From assembly GCF_037042905.1 (NCBI RefSeq), contig NW_026974141.1:248001-312000 (forward strand): DNA of 64,000 bases, written 5' to 3'. The position numbers were made by a program, and so were the translations under genes. The stretch is from Lytechinus pictus. Taxonomy: Eukaryota. The notes beneath the pieces were generated by a model. The model saw only the letters and a list, made by a program, of their open reading frames with translations, had not been told where the DNA came from and did not search any database. Position 1 is the stretch's first letter; each line of letters starts with the position of its first letter. Shown piece by piece: positions 37,590 through 50,331 of the stretch.

Positions 37590-37983
37590 AGCTAAATGAA
37601 CGTAGTTGCAGTAAAACACTGATTTCGTGAGAAAGTCTGTAAAACCAAGGTAAAGTATTGATATATCATCGTGGATCTAGATCGGGTACATTTACATAAA
37701 CTGAACTTTGTGAAATCATAATATCTAGCTAAAAAACGATCACACTGAAGATCGCCAACACAGATAGGCACACGTGGGACAGTGTATTATTATTGCTGGA
37801 ATAAAGACCCGACGGAAGTGATCGAATCCGCGCTTATTTTGCTTATTTCTCAGCAATTACACAATTTCTTCCAGAATCCTTTGGCACATATTTTTAATTC
37901 ATACAAACAGACACTTTGGTGATCATTATATTAAATTCTGTAAAAAGTAATTTCGAGATCGTTCCCACAACTGGAACTTATCT
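37590..37983. mobile_element. TTAA-target MITE
   Basis: TTAA at 37586-37589 and 37984-37987. The internal sequence (ACATAAACTGAACTTTGTGAAATC...GAAGATCGCCAACACAGATA) recurs at ~24175-24495. Confidence 0.75.
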
Positions 37984-38017
37984 TTAAGTATTCAAATGTT
38001 GAATAATGTTATCTTAC

Positions 38018-38140
38018 CGAGTTTTGCCTCGATCTCCGGGTGTGACGGAATGAATTCTTGGATGAAACAATGATTGTACCAAGCTGAGCCATATTGTTTG
38101 TCAAATTCATGGAACGGTTCGATAGTTGACAGCTCATGTC
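38018..38140 (-). CDS. Rv2258c-like methyltransferase, exon 3 (not in ORF track)
   Basis: ATGCAG|GACAT...CTCG|GTAAGA; 123 bp, phase 1-1. Reads (G)HELSTIEPFHEFDKQYGSAWYNHCFIQEFIPSHPEIEAKL(E) and joins exons 2 and 4 in frame. Confidence 0.88.
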
Positions 38141-38153
38141 CTGCATAGTATGA

Positions 38154-39045
38154 ACAAGTGGAATGCCTCTGGCCGTCTCACCTGCATCACGCGATTCAAT
38201 ATAGCAGCAGTGCTGATTTTGAAAACTACTATAACTCGCACAAGATGTTCAGTGATACTTGGTTACTCTTATTTCCACGTTTTATGAACTAGACCAATAC
38301 ACTTATAGAGATATGATGGCAATTCAACAAATACCCCCAACGTGGCCAAAGTTCTTTGACCTTACATGACCTTTGACCTTGATCATGTGACCTGAAACTC
38401 GCACAGGATGTTCAGTGATACTTGATTACTATTATGTCCAAGTTTTATGAACTAGACCAACACACTTTCAAATTTATGGCTGTAATTCAACAAATACCCC
38501 AATTTGGCCAAAGTTCATTGACCCTAAATGACCTTTGACCTTGATCATGTGACCTGAAACTTGCACAGGATGTTCAGTAATACTTGATTACTATTATGTC
38601 CAAGTTTCATGAATCAGATCCATAAACTTTCAAAGTTATGATGGTAATTCAACAGATACCCCCAATTCGGCCAAAGTTCATTGACCCTAAATGACCTTTG
38701 ACCTTGGTCATGTGACGTGAAACTCATGCAGGATGTTCAGTGATACTTGATTAACCTTATGTATAAGTTTCATGAACTGGGTCCATATATTTTCTAAGTT
38801 ATGATGACATTTCAAAAACTTAACCTTAGGTTAAGATTTTGATGTTGATTCCCCCAACATGGTCTAAGTTCATTGACCCTAAATGACCTTTGACCTTGGT
38901 CATGTGACATGAAACTCAGGCAGGATGTTCAGTAATACTTGATTAACCTTATGGCCAAGTTTCATGAACTAGGTCCATATACTTTCTAAGTTATGCTGTC
39001 ATTTCAAAAACTTAACCTCAGGTTAAGATTTGGTGTTGACGCCGC

Positions 39046-39077
<32 letters not shown>

Positions 39078-39139
39078 TCGCCGTCGCCGTCGGAAAAGCG
39101 GCGCCTATAGTCTCACTCTGCTATGCAGGTGAGACAAAA
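38154..39139 (-). mobile_element. Helentron-associated (HINE/DINE-1/pearl-like) non-autonomous element with internal tandem repeats
   Basis: Sub-terminal inverted repeat GTCTCACCTGCAT (38175-38187) / ATGCAGGTGAGAC (39123-39135). Terminal hairpin at 39110-39135 and (GCC/GTC)n microsatellite at 39038-39091. About five core repeats with periods 162, 162, 163 and 192 bp. A runs at both ends. Confidence 0.8.
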
Positions 39140-39304
39140 ATGTGGCAGGGCATGGATGGTATATTAAAACACTGCTTGGCCCACAGTGTGTTCACACTAT
39201 GAAAATCAGTGTGAAATAGCTGTGTTTAATTTAATATTTTAACAGTGTGAACTATATTTTTCACTCGAGTCCACTTTGAGAAGACTGTGAACACCCACAC
39301 TCTA

Positions 39305-39517
39305 CAGTGTAAAAACACTGGTGTTAATTTAACACCAGCCCGGGATCCCGAAAACACCAGGAAAATGTTTAACGAACACTAAATAAGAATCAAACCGATA
39401 TATTTTTTTTACACTGATTGGTGTTGCTTAAATGCCTATCTGGTGTTAACCTAACGCCAGTCTGGTGTTGTTTCAACATTTCGTTGATATAAAATTAACA
39501 CCGGACTTTTTGCGATG
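39305..39517. mobile_element. Short MITE nested in a CACAGTGTG-rich repeat (39170-39640; a relative lies at ~17530-17790)
   Basis: GGTGTTAATTT...AATTAACACC inverted ends after TA|CAGTGTAAAAAC. Confidence 0.5.
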
Positions 39518-40047
39518 TTGATGTGACCAGAGTGTGGAATAATGTCCATATGGTTAAATCAGGGTATTATAATTGCGTGAATACACTTCACATAGACCAC
39601 AATATGTGAATACTCTGTGAACAGTGAGGAATTACCATTACATTGATAAATTCGAGCCTTTCAACAGACCCATTTAGAATGCGCAGTGTGACAATGTGTT
39701 CTTTCGGTCGCTTTGAGAGATGCTCTTTAATATTCCATAGATATTCAACGGAGATAATATTTCTTGAAGTAAGGCCTACAATTGCATATTTCAATTTTAG
39801 AGACAGAAATAGACTCTAATTGTCTTTGTTTATACTTTCAACTTCGTTGGGTATTTTACCTCTTAATTAACAGATTTAGAACCAAATAACCTGACATTTT
39901 CCTGGTATTCCTCCTTTTTTCCATTCATAATCTAAAGCGACCACTGTCTGTCCCAATAGAAGCCTTGTTCTCCCCAAAACACGTCGACTCAGCCATGCGC
40001 TTAAGAAACGACTCATTACGCCCCCTGCACCCTATAGCAAGTCTTAC

Positions 40048-40259
40048 CTCTGGGTCCATCTTTCTTTAGAATCTCCAACATATCACTGAATACACTACTG
40101 AACATTGGGATTCCAATAGAGAGACTTGCTGATTGGCCGAGGAGGGTCCCAGGCTGAAGGCTCTCCAGGCGAGAACTTGGAACATGGTATTTCTCTGAGG
40201 ATTCGTCGACGTCAACGATATGGGCGGTAACCATCGTAGCCAACCATTCACGGACATAT
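40048..40259 (-). CDS. Rv2258c-like methyltransferase, exon 2
   Basis: TTGCAG|ATAT...AGAG|GTAAGA; 212 bp; (R)YVREWLATMVTAHIV...LKKDGPR(G). Confidence 0.92.
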
Positions 40260-42509
40260 CTGCAATGAATAGACACAGATACTATATTCTAAAAATGTAA
40301 AAGAACTAATTCAGACCCTAATCACTATCATCTTGTAGTGAATATTTGAACCAATCCCTTAGTGAAGTGAACTGTACATCCATAAAGAGTGCATTATTGT
40401 GTGGCGCAACAGGCGGGGCAGTTTGCTACCCCCCCCCCCCCCCACAGGGCCCTGTGAATGAATTTTCTGAGTGGGGGTGCTGATTAAAATTTGAAAAGCA
40501 AAAAAAAAAAAAAAAAGTTTTTCGCAACAAAATGGATATCAAATTGGTCCTGAGAAATTTGAAGAAAAAAAACCGACAAAGTTTTCACTACAAAATGAAG
40601 GTCATTTTGTTTACATTTTTCCTTATTTACATATCATCCCGAAATACTGATAAATGGGTGAGAAAGGGGAAATGAATTAAAAGAGGCACTGGTATATAAA
40701 TGGAAGGGTTTGCGGCACGGCCCCAAATGTTTTATGATCAAGTACAAAAAGAAAAGGGGAAATGAAAGAAATGGACCGGAAAATTTATGACGTTATATTT
40801 TTCAGAATATGTCAAAAAAAAAACTATCACCAACTAATGAAAAGATGAAAAGTTTTTCTCGCTCGCTTCGCTCTCCGAGACTTTAAAAAATTGCCACACA
40901 CGCCATGCTGTGCCATCACGCTACTCCGATCCCGCATATAGCTTCGTGCAAACGCCCACTTGCAATCATGAAAAATCATTTTCACATCATATGACCTGGA
41001 AATTTTTTCTCTTGCCCGCCCCCCTCCCACTCCCTGGCCACCGACCCCTGTTAGGCCCCCGGTGCACCATTTCTTCTCCTGAAATGAACTGTGCATCGTG
41101 TTTTCACTCCAAAAATTCAACTCTCAAAAGAAGCAAATCTCACTCAAAAAAGGAACATATGTAAAAAAATAAGCCCGTACGTGTTTCTTAAATATTTCAA
41201 TTGGAAGACCTTCTTCGAAAAGTGTTTTTACTTACTGATACACACTGTAGTGGTAAAAGATTGGTCCATGCATGCGCATGGATGAAGTAATAAGTTCAGG
41301 GAGTTCAAAAGGGCAGGTCAATGTCATATAGTATATGTTTGTTATGGTCATACATTTCAAGTAGCTATAAGCAACCCGCTCGCTCTCCGTGCACTGTTCC
41401 AACCCTAGTCATGCTCTTGCGGTGTTGTAAATGATTGTATATGCCCCTACATGTATGATTTATCTACACGTAGATGTATTATGTCTACCAAAATCTACAT
41501 GTTCTAATTTAAATCATGGTAATGGAAGATAACAACAATAGATATATACCACATTTCATGCCAACAATATCAAAATACAAAAACAAAAATATATTTTATT
41601 TCAATGCAAATGTATGATGTAGTAAAAAGGAGCTTAACCACAATTTTCAATTTCCAAATACTAATTTTAGATATTTTTGTTGGAGTTGAAGGTAATGTTA
41701 TTCAATCAAGGTATTCCCAGGCTCCCAGCTGTCTCATTTGACTGATAAAAGGTTATGTCCCTTATTTTTGTTGTGTTGTTAACAAGTGAAATGATATTTG
41801 TTCAATTACTGAGGCATGATGATCCACTTTTTTATCAATGTATTTAATCTTTAAACTATGCTTCATTTTTGAAGGGCACTTTTTAGTAGAAATTGATTTG
41901 ACAACATTGCACCATGATCTGTTTGAAAAATAAGTTGATGTGGGAGAATGGAAAATTGAAAGCTTACAAGTGTTCGTATAGACAAATGTCTAATTATGCG
42001 TAAATTCTGATAAGCCGTTATTGGACAGAATAAGAACCCCATTTTGGGTTAATTGTCACAAAACCAAATTATTTGTAGCTTTGAGGTTTACAGCTTTTAT
42101 ACAATATACATTTTAATACTCAATTCTAAATGATTGCTTGTAATTAATATAAATGCGTGGGTCGGATCAAAATTGGAAAAAAATGAATTTTTTTTTTTTG
42201 CCCTAAAATGACAGATAGGTTAACGGTGTAATTCAGATTTTTGTTTCTCTTGCGGTTCGCTCTAACAGTGCCCGACAGCTTGTCATCGTGGATTGTGAAT
42301 TAAAGCACACATATTTCTTTTCAAGATGCACAAAACCCCTTTACCCCCCCCCCCCCCCATTGCAAAACAACCATTGACGTAAGTTAATTATTCCAAATAC
42401 AAATGTTATTCAATACACTTTGATATTGGAAATGTGGACATAGCCCTTCTGCTTAAAACACGGGCATTATTTTTGAATTTTTAGAGTAGGTCTAGAAGTA
42501 TGAGCATAC

Positions 42510-42700
42510 CTTTCCTTCATTCCTGCTAGATCGGCTAGTTCTTGAGAAGTCAGAGGGCTACCATGATGAGATACAAGAACATCGAAGAGACCACTCTTGA
42601 CTCCTAATGCGATGGAGAGACCAGTCAATCCTCCACTCACTATACTAAAAATTCGTGAGGAAAACTCCTCGGGAGTCTCGTTACCGTATTGCTCCGCCAT
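42510..42700 (-). CDS. Rv2258c-like methyltransferase, exon 1 (winged-helix N-terminal domain)
   Basis: AACATGG start; ...ALGVKSGLFDVL...LTSQELADLAGMKER; donor AG|GTATGC. The four exons sum to 191+212+123+563 = 1089 nt, giving 362 aa plus stop. Confidence 0.92.
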
Positions 42701-43606
42701 GTTTAATATCTCAACCTGTTCTGAATGGCTTCTACTGTCCGTTGCGTTTAAAGTATTACTACTATAGGGTATTTCAAAAGTAAACTAGCAAACCATTTGC
42801 ACTTGGCCACAGTGGCTTTGTTAGAAAATTCGCATGTGAGGGCAAACTGTGGCGAAATGGGTAAAACATTTTGAGGGGACCAGATGTAGCGTACCGGGCA
42901 AACTTTGCGATATAGCGAGGTGACCGAGCAAAACATATATTACAAAAATCAAATTTTGATATAATATTCAGAAAAAAATATATATTTCACCATTCTCTCT
43001 TTCTTTTCATCTTTCTCCTCTTCTAGGTGGTGAAAAAAATATTATGATAAAGCGCCCCCAAGCCCCCCCCCCCCCCATCTCTCCGCCACTGAGGTCAAAC
43101 ATGAAAATAGATTTGTATTCTAGCAAATTATTTCATTTTTATTTTCTTTATAACAATTTTCATTTAAATTATCTCGTATATTTTGTCATGCTCCCAGGCT
43201 ACCCCGTCGTTATCAGATTTTGCCCAAGCATCTTCTCCAACATGAACCATAATGTCTTCAGTCACTCCCGAAAAGATCCACTCTCCCTGGAAATAGAATG
43301 GATGATGAAGAAGTACATAGGAGGAGTTGTCCCAGGATAAAATATCATGTTAAAAATAATAAAGGTGACACTACTGATAGAACATATACTTGATCGCGGT
43401 TCATGTTTCTTCGTGGTCTTCTACAATGGGGCTTTTAGTATACAAATCATGCTTATTGGAGATGTGTTTTGGTAACATAGCCCTCACTATACCCCCCTCC
43501 CGGCTTTTATTTTTATTCAAAATATCATTGTCAGTGGTTTATGGGACAATGATATTTCGGATAGTCGGGTACCAAGAGCAAGTTCAACGGGTCTCCTAGG
43601 CCTTAC

Positions 43607-43708
43607 CGGATATGGCCGAGTGATAGCCGGGTGTGGTGGGGTGATAGCCGGATATGACCGAGAGATAGCCGGATATGACCGAGAGATGGTTGGATATGAC
43701 CGAGTGAT
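43607..43708. repeat. 21-bp minisatellite, ~5 copies
   Basis: Unit GATAGCCGGATATGACCGAG(A/T), with one divergent copy. Confidence 0.85.
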
Positions 43709-43896
43709 GTTCATTGACATCCACCTATCCACATTCTTGCATTGATATATCTAGAGGTCATTCTCAGAAGATATTCGTTCCCTTTGCCAGAACACATGTT
43801 TACCAGAAGAACCTCTTCCCAGATGCAAGGTGACTTTGGAACTCCCCCTCTCCAAAGCACCGTTAACTGTAACTCTCTTCACAACTTCAAACCTGA

Positions 43897-44000
43897 GGTG
43901 CGTTGGCTCAGATAGTCATGATAGTAGAGCGTCCGTCTCACATCCGGGAGGTCGGGTGTTCTAACACTGGCCGCGTCAGACAAAAACACGTAAAAAGAAT
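43897..44000 (+). mobile_element. tRNA-derived SINE fragment, same family as 60649-60892
   Basis: GTTGGCTCAG...CCGGGAGGTCGGGTGTTC...TGGCCGCGTCAGACAAAAACACGTAAAAAGA. Confidence 0.7.
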
Positions 44001-44179
44001 AGTGTAGTAGGTTTCACGGTACACCATGTATCTTTCTTGGGCAAGTGTTGGTCCTGAAAAAGACCACCTTATCTCAGAACGCCACACCAAATAGTCTTCT
44101 TTCATTTAGTCTAATGCCATGCCACCCATCAACATTTCGTCTAACAACCATTTGGTCCAATACCCATTTGGTCCAATCA

Positions 44180-44605
44180 TCAATTCAAATATCCTGTCCA
44201 AGGACGGATTATAAAAGAAAGTCTTTTGAATATGTTGCTGCCGTCGTATTTAATTCTCTCCCTTGTGATATACAATGATGCACATCCATCCATGCATTAA
44301 AAAAACACTGTAAATCATTAAAATTCTGACTGTCATACATGTAATTACAATGAATAACTTGATGTAAATGTAATGATTCCATGATAACTGTTAAATTTTA
44401 CTATATATGTATGTAATGTATTGTTTTTACTTAATTATATATGTTACATACATTGAATTACTATGGTGTTGAGTTATTTGTTAAACCGCAGGGCGCCTTT
44501 TGAAAGCAGTTTTGCATAACTGAACAGGCCTACCCTGCAGTATAAAATAAAAAACAAACAAATAAATAAATAATCAAATAAATGAATAAATAAATAAATA
44601 AATCA
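44180..44605 (+). mobile_element. 3' fragment of L2/CR1-group LINE
   Basis: ORF2 C-terminal signature PRTDYKRKSFEYVAAVVFNSLP, then a CAGGGCGCC...CAGTT..AACTG..GGCCTACCCTG stem-loop and an (AAAT)n tail. Confidence 0.78.
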
Positions 44606-47549
44606 AACCAAATTTGACAGTTCGATGATACTCGGGTTATTTTTTTATAAGACACCAGATACAGAAATTTAGGAAACTATAAAATAGGACTAGATATTTC
44701 TATGACCAAGAGATTTGGTGGGTAGGATTAAGCAATATGAACGATTTAATGGCCCAAAGTCGGTTATCATTTCTTCGTCATTTCTTTTTTTTAGCTCGAA
44801 ACTTTTCAGTCGCCCTCTTATATCGATATGTTTTTATTTGGCACGCCACAGGACACATGTGATTGTAGAAGGAGCATCTTTTCTGTTACTATGTACCTTA
44901 GTTTTCACCTGGCCAAATAAAAGTAATCCTTATCCGATCAGAATAGTAGGAATTTGATCCAACTGTGTACTTAAGAACACCTTGAATTGAAACCTTTTGA
45001 CACGAGTGTTCAAATGTATCCTTGTTTGTAAACATGGGTCACCTGAGGAATCTTTCAAGCGATGTGAGCTTTTGGAAAAAAAGGTTGGAGCCAGGGGCGG
45101 TGCCGGGATGTTTTCATGGGGGGGGGGGGGGGCAAGACGACCTAAATGTGACGATATGATTATATTTGTTAATTGGATTATAGGGGTAATATTGACCACC
45201 TAAATGCAGGGTATTAATTATTGGGATATGACATAGCTACACGGCCCAGATCTCTCTTTACCCCTCTTCATGTTTTTTTTATCAATTCGAAAGAGGTGGC
45301 TAGAACAGGGATAGATAAATGGAGAGAGAGAGAGGGGGGGGGGTGGAATGGGACGAGGGGGGTTTGGTTAGAATCTGAGTGAGAAAGAGACAGTTCTACG
45401 ATTAAGCTAACAAACCCACCTCATTTGGGTGGAAGTGTGCGTTTTAAAAATATTTTTAGGGGCAACCCTAGAAAGAAAATCCTAAAAAGAGACTCGTAAA
45501 ATGGCAGAGGTTTTGATGGTAGACAGGTAGAGGTGGTGGTAGTGGTGGTGGTGGGGGTGGAAACAAAAGACGGCATAATAAATACAGACGGATTGCTCAC
45601 ACTTTACCGATCAATAATATCGATACAAAGGCGCTAACCGATAAAACCACTCTGTCAGTCAAATCCCCTTCATTCAAGGTTACTCCATTTCCCCCATGTA
45701 ACTATCTTTAACATAAAACATACATATAACGGCCCGTAGTCTCATTACCCACCACAAAACTACAAAATGCAATATTTCAACGCACGTGTGGGTACCATCC
45801 ACAATCATGGTTAACAAAACAACACCGTACAAACGACTGTTGAAAGAGAAAACGACATTAGGCATTCAAATGCTACACATGCGAAAAGTAGGATGGGCGA
45901 AAGTCTTTTATTTAAAGTGGTGTTTGCAGAACAGTTTTCTACTGCAGATAACGAAGATGCCCAGGCACACAGGCAAACATAAATTGTTTTACCTGAGCTA
46001 ATACTCGTCTTTTCATTAGTCTCAGAGCAAATAGTACGGACTTAAGGATGTTCCAGTGGCTGTTGAGGAGAAGAAACAAGTTTGTATTGTTCCGCAGCTT
46101 CACGAACCGTAACGAGGTAACGAGACCCGTGAGGTCTGGCATGTTTGGGTCTCTTTTGTCAACAGAACAGTCTTGATTGTACGGGGATCGGACGGAGGTC
46201 CCAGTGGATCGCACCTTGCCACTTTAGGCCTAGGACCAGAAGATGGACTTGTAACATGTCTTCATTATAGAGTCGTAGATCAGATTGACGAATAAACTTC
46301 ATGACGAATGGAGTTCACGCACCAATTAATATTGCCATGACATGCATGAGGAAGTCAACAACATTTCGAACTGAGCTCATCTTTTAAATGTTTCTTTGGG
46401 AATTATTTTTTAAACATTTATGGAGAAGCGATTACGTCTAGTACCACAAGGAAATGCTTCATCGTTGGCCTATTTCTGTTTGGTTTCCACTTTCCAAGAC
46501 CTGATCAGGCAAATTTATCAGTTGGCTTACTGAGGACATTATCTTTCTTGTCTCATCGATGGAACAATTCTATCCAACCTGATATGAAAGTCTACTTGAT
46601 TTAACGTATACGGTATAAGAAGAGACGTTTCATCAGCAGAATTATGAGTGACAAATTTACAATCAATGCGGACTCAAAGAAAGATGAAAATGGTCATGCA
46701 CCGGAACTATTGTGGGCAACTAAGGAGTAAATCCTGGTAAGTTGTTGTAAAAAAAATAACCATGCAGCGAAATATTAACCATACCCTTCTTTTAGACAGT
46801 AACTTTGACATGCAAGAAATCACAAATATGTCATAATCACTTCATAGCTTTAAAAAAACACATGATGAAGAATATTTTAGAAGTTAGTTTTGATTTTTTT
46901 TTTTTTTGGAAGAAATTAGTCTGTTCAACTGAAATCAGAAATAGATACTTTGCAGTCACACAATTTGTATCGGTCTGTTGTAAATATTGACCATAAAAAT
47001 ACGTGTATGTCTGCTGTAGGTCTTTCGTCGTCTTTGAAATAGATAAAGAACAGATTAAGATCTTGAAAGGTTTCCTGCTCCAAGCTTGACAGAGAGAATT
47101 AAGTTGGATTTGTTGTGCGACAAAACCAGCAGGACCATGGGGTCGAATCTTTGTTGAGCACATAACAAAAGATGGTGAGCCGATGTCGATCTTTGCCCAC
47201 ATGCATAGATCAAGTAAGTTTATCGCCAATCCACTAAGAATAAGCATTCTGTCCTGATTTGATTCCGTTAAGATATATATATATATATATATCTTTCTTC
47301 TGATATAAAGTGCATCATTTTTTTTAATGTATCATTTGCGTTGCGTATGCATATCAGCGTAGCAAAATTAACTTGAGTTGTTGGTAATGACACATTTGGC
47401 ACGCTCTTAAATAATACATTTTAAGACTTGTGCATTCATCTTTATATTTGTCATTACAAAAGCAACCCATAGTCAGCCATTCACAATACGTGTGTTATCA
47501 GAATATAAATTCGTATGGATTTCTCCTAAATATTATTAACTGACCAAAT

Positions 47550-47860
47550 CATAGTAAAAATAGTAGCAGCAGCAGTTAGTAGTTTTAGTAGTGGTGGTAG
47601 GAGAAGTAATAGTCGAAGTAGTTTTAGTAATAGTTATGAAGCAGTAGAAGAAGAAGCAGTAGAAGAAGAAGCAGAAAANNNNNNNNNNNNNNNNNNNNNN
47701 NNNNNNNNNNNNNNNNNNNNNNNNNNNNNNNNNNNNNNNNNNNNNNNNNNNNNNNNNNNNNNNNNNNNNNNNNNNNNNNNNNNNNNNNNNNNNNNNNNNN
47801 NNNNNNNNNNNNNNNNNNNNNNNGAAAGTGTAGGATAATAATGATTAGAAGTATTAAAAA
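47550..47860. repeat. (AGT/AGA)n simple repeat around N run 47679-47823
   Basis: Purine-rich triplet runs flanking the N stretch. Confidence 0.85.
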
Positions 47861-48254
47861 AGGAGATGAAAGGAGAACCAGATACGCCATGATTGGCAAC
47901 AGTATATATTTTGTTAATAAAATCACAGATCTATACAGTGAAGGGTATTTGTCTCACTGCGGTCGAAATCTGACCATGATCAAGACACCTAATTAAATTC
48001 CTTTTTAACAATTCAAAATCTGCCATAGAGGCAAAGCAAACCACAATACTGAGGCAAGGTTAGAGTGGGTAGATGGATGGGTGCGCGTGGGGGGTAGTAA
48101 AGTCCCCCCCCCCCCTCACACACACACATTTGAAACAAATTTAACAAGGTATATGGCTTGCAGTAAAGATTTATTTTAATAGCTTGGAAGATAAAACAAT
48201 TCATCGATTCAGAATAGATTTATTTTCTGTGATATAGCTCCACGATGGGATTAA

Positions 48255-48825
48255 AGTGATCATTTCACTTTGTTCTGATTTAAAAAATTCTCATTTTGGT
48301 TCTTGAAAATGGGCTAAACATTAGGCTTATAGTGTAAAAATACCATCCCAAAAGTTTCAAAGTATTATATCTACAGGATCAATTTAAAACATTGGAGATG
48401 TAAACCAAAGTTTCAAAATAATTGGGAGTTGGTTTCAATGACTATGTGTATATAGCGAATCTGTGCAACACAACACATTAACTCTAGATGAACACAGCAT
48501 GACCTACATACAGTGTGTACAAGGTATACACTGAATGTACAGTGCAGCTAATAGCGTGTGTATAGGAGATACACACAGCAGAAGGCAGTCAACATAGCCA
48601 ACGGACTTTTTGAATTGGAGAAAACTGGTCATAAGCTGAGCCTGTCTACTAGACGGTTCTCAAAATCAAGCTAATAGATTGCTACTTGTATCTAAATTAC
48701 GGTTTTTCATCCTATATTGAAGTCTATTTCAGGGTTTTTGAGGACAAATACAGGCACTCATACACATGTTTCGTCTCAGTTTGATAATTTTTTAAATCAG
48801 CTGCTCACAAAGTTAAACGATCCCT
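48255..48825. mobile_element. TTAA-target MITE related to 52032-52410 (opposite orientation)
   Basis: TTAA|AGTGATC... at the left. The right end reverse-complements to GTTTAACTTTGTGAGCAGCTGATTTAAAAAATT, matching the start of the 52032 copy. Confidence 0.7.
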
Positions 48826-50331
48826 TGAACTCTTAGTTGACATGGCAATCTTCCTAGATAGGACAATTTTAACTTTGTATTTATGTTTGTCATTTTAATA
48901 ATATTTTTCGTTTATTAACTTGTAAAAATCAAATCAAAATCAAAGCTTTTAGAATATCAATCTTATAGAGGGTTGTGGAATCTTACAAATGGATCTTCTG
49001 ATAAATACAACTTTCTGAGCATACTGGCCATTTTGTAATGACCACACTGTAAACATGCAGCTTTACAATTTAGGCATGTTGTTTAAACCTGTCTCACTAA
49101 CAACTTTTGTTTATCGCCTTTTACAATTTTAAAAAGTATCAAACACTTTCAAAATTGTAAACAGCAGTTCTTTCACTACAATCATGCAAGTATACCAATT
49201 TGATTCGGAACATCAATTCCCTCTGACTTCTTCACTGCTGATATGACTGTTTCTAAAGTAAACCCTTCTTAAAATGGTGTAATTTCAACAGACCACATAC
49301 AATATGGCAAGCCATGAAAGTATAAATGGATCGACTGGATATAACAGGTTGAATTCATCAAAAACTAAATATGAAATCGATAGCATCTATCGATTTACAA
49401 GGAAGCATCAAAGAACTGGATAAAGATTAATCCCTAGAAAGGGGGTATATAATAAGTGTCTCCGCACCCGATGTATTTTATTACACCCTTTACCGTAACG
49501 AAGCCATCCTTTTGTATTATTCATTGTATAGATTTTAAAGGTATAATAGGTGTCGGCTATGTGTTTAAGAACGTTATGTTATGGGGGTCTAGTAAAATCG
49601 ACCTGTCTCGGCAGAATGATTTAGTTTGGGTGTTACATTACAATGTGTGTTTTATAGGTTGCTGTATATGCCTTGCAAAAGCTCTGACATTACACAGTTG
49701 ATAAAAATTCTCCTCAACTTTGGAACATTTGGGCCTAAAGTAACTCTGTACATTTGTCGTTGATTGTTAGTTTCTTGATTGTGTTATGTTAATTGGAATG
49801 CCTGATGACTAGTACTAGTATACAACATTAATGATTTATTATATATCATGATTTTTTTTTCTTCTGTCATTGACGTTTATGGTAAGATTTGTGTCATAAC
49901 GTTTGCCAGTATGATGATTTCGCTTTATGTTGAATCGTTTAAGTTTCAACCACCGGCTGTTTCTTTAATTTAGTCTCAGGTTGTTCCACAAATCTTATCG
50001 CTTTATATGCTAAAGATCATATTCGAATATCGATGATTTTATCGTTTTACAAACCTTATCCTTGTTTATCTTTTTTCTGCTTCTCCCACAGTCCTGAAAC
50101 TCGACGACAACAACTTTGAGCCCAAAGGATGTGTGGGTTAGGGACAGAGCGCCATCTGTTGACAATGTGACGTATAGTCTGAGGATACTCTTCGCTATTG
50201 AGATCTGATTGTAAGCAGCCACCTTCAAAGAGTTAAAGGACTACGTGCATCACTTCAGAACAATACTGTATAGGCCTTCTGATTGAAAAGTGGAATTTAT
50301 TCTCATCTCAAATGGAAAGATATAAATCAGC

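Noticed and set aside
38240-39030. CRISPR-like array
   Set aside because: Whole units repeat with no unique spacers, the context is eukaryotic and there are no cas genes.
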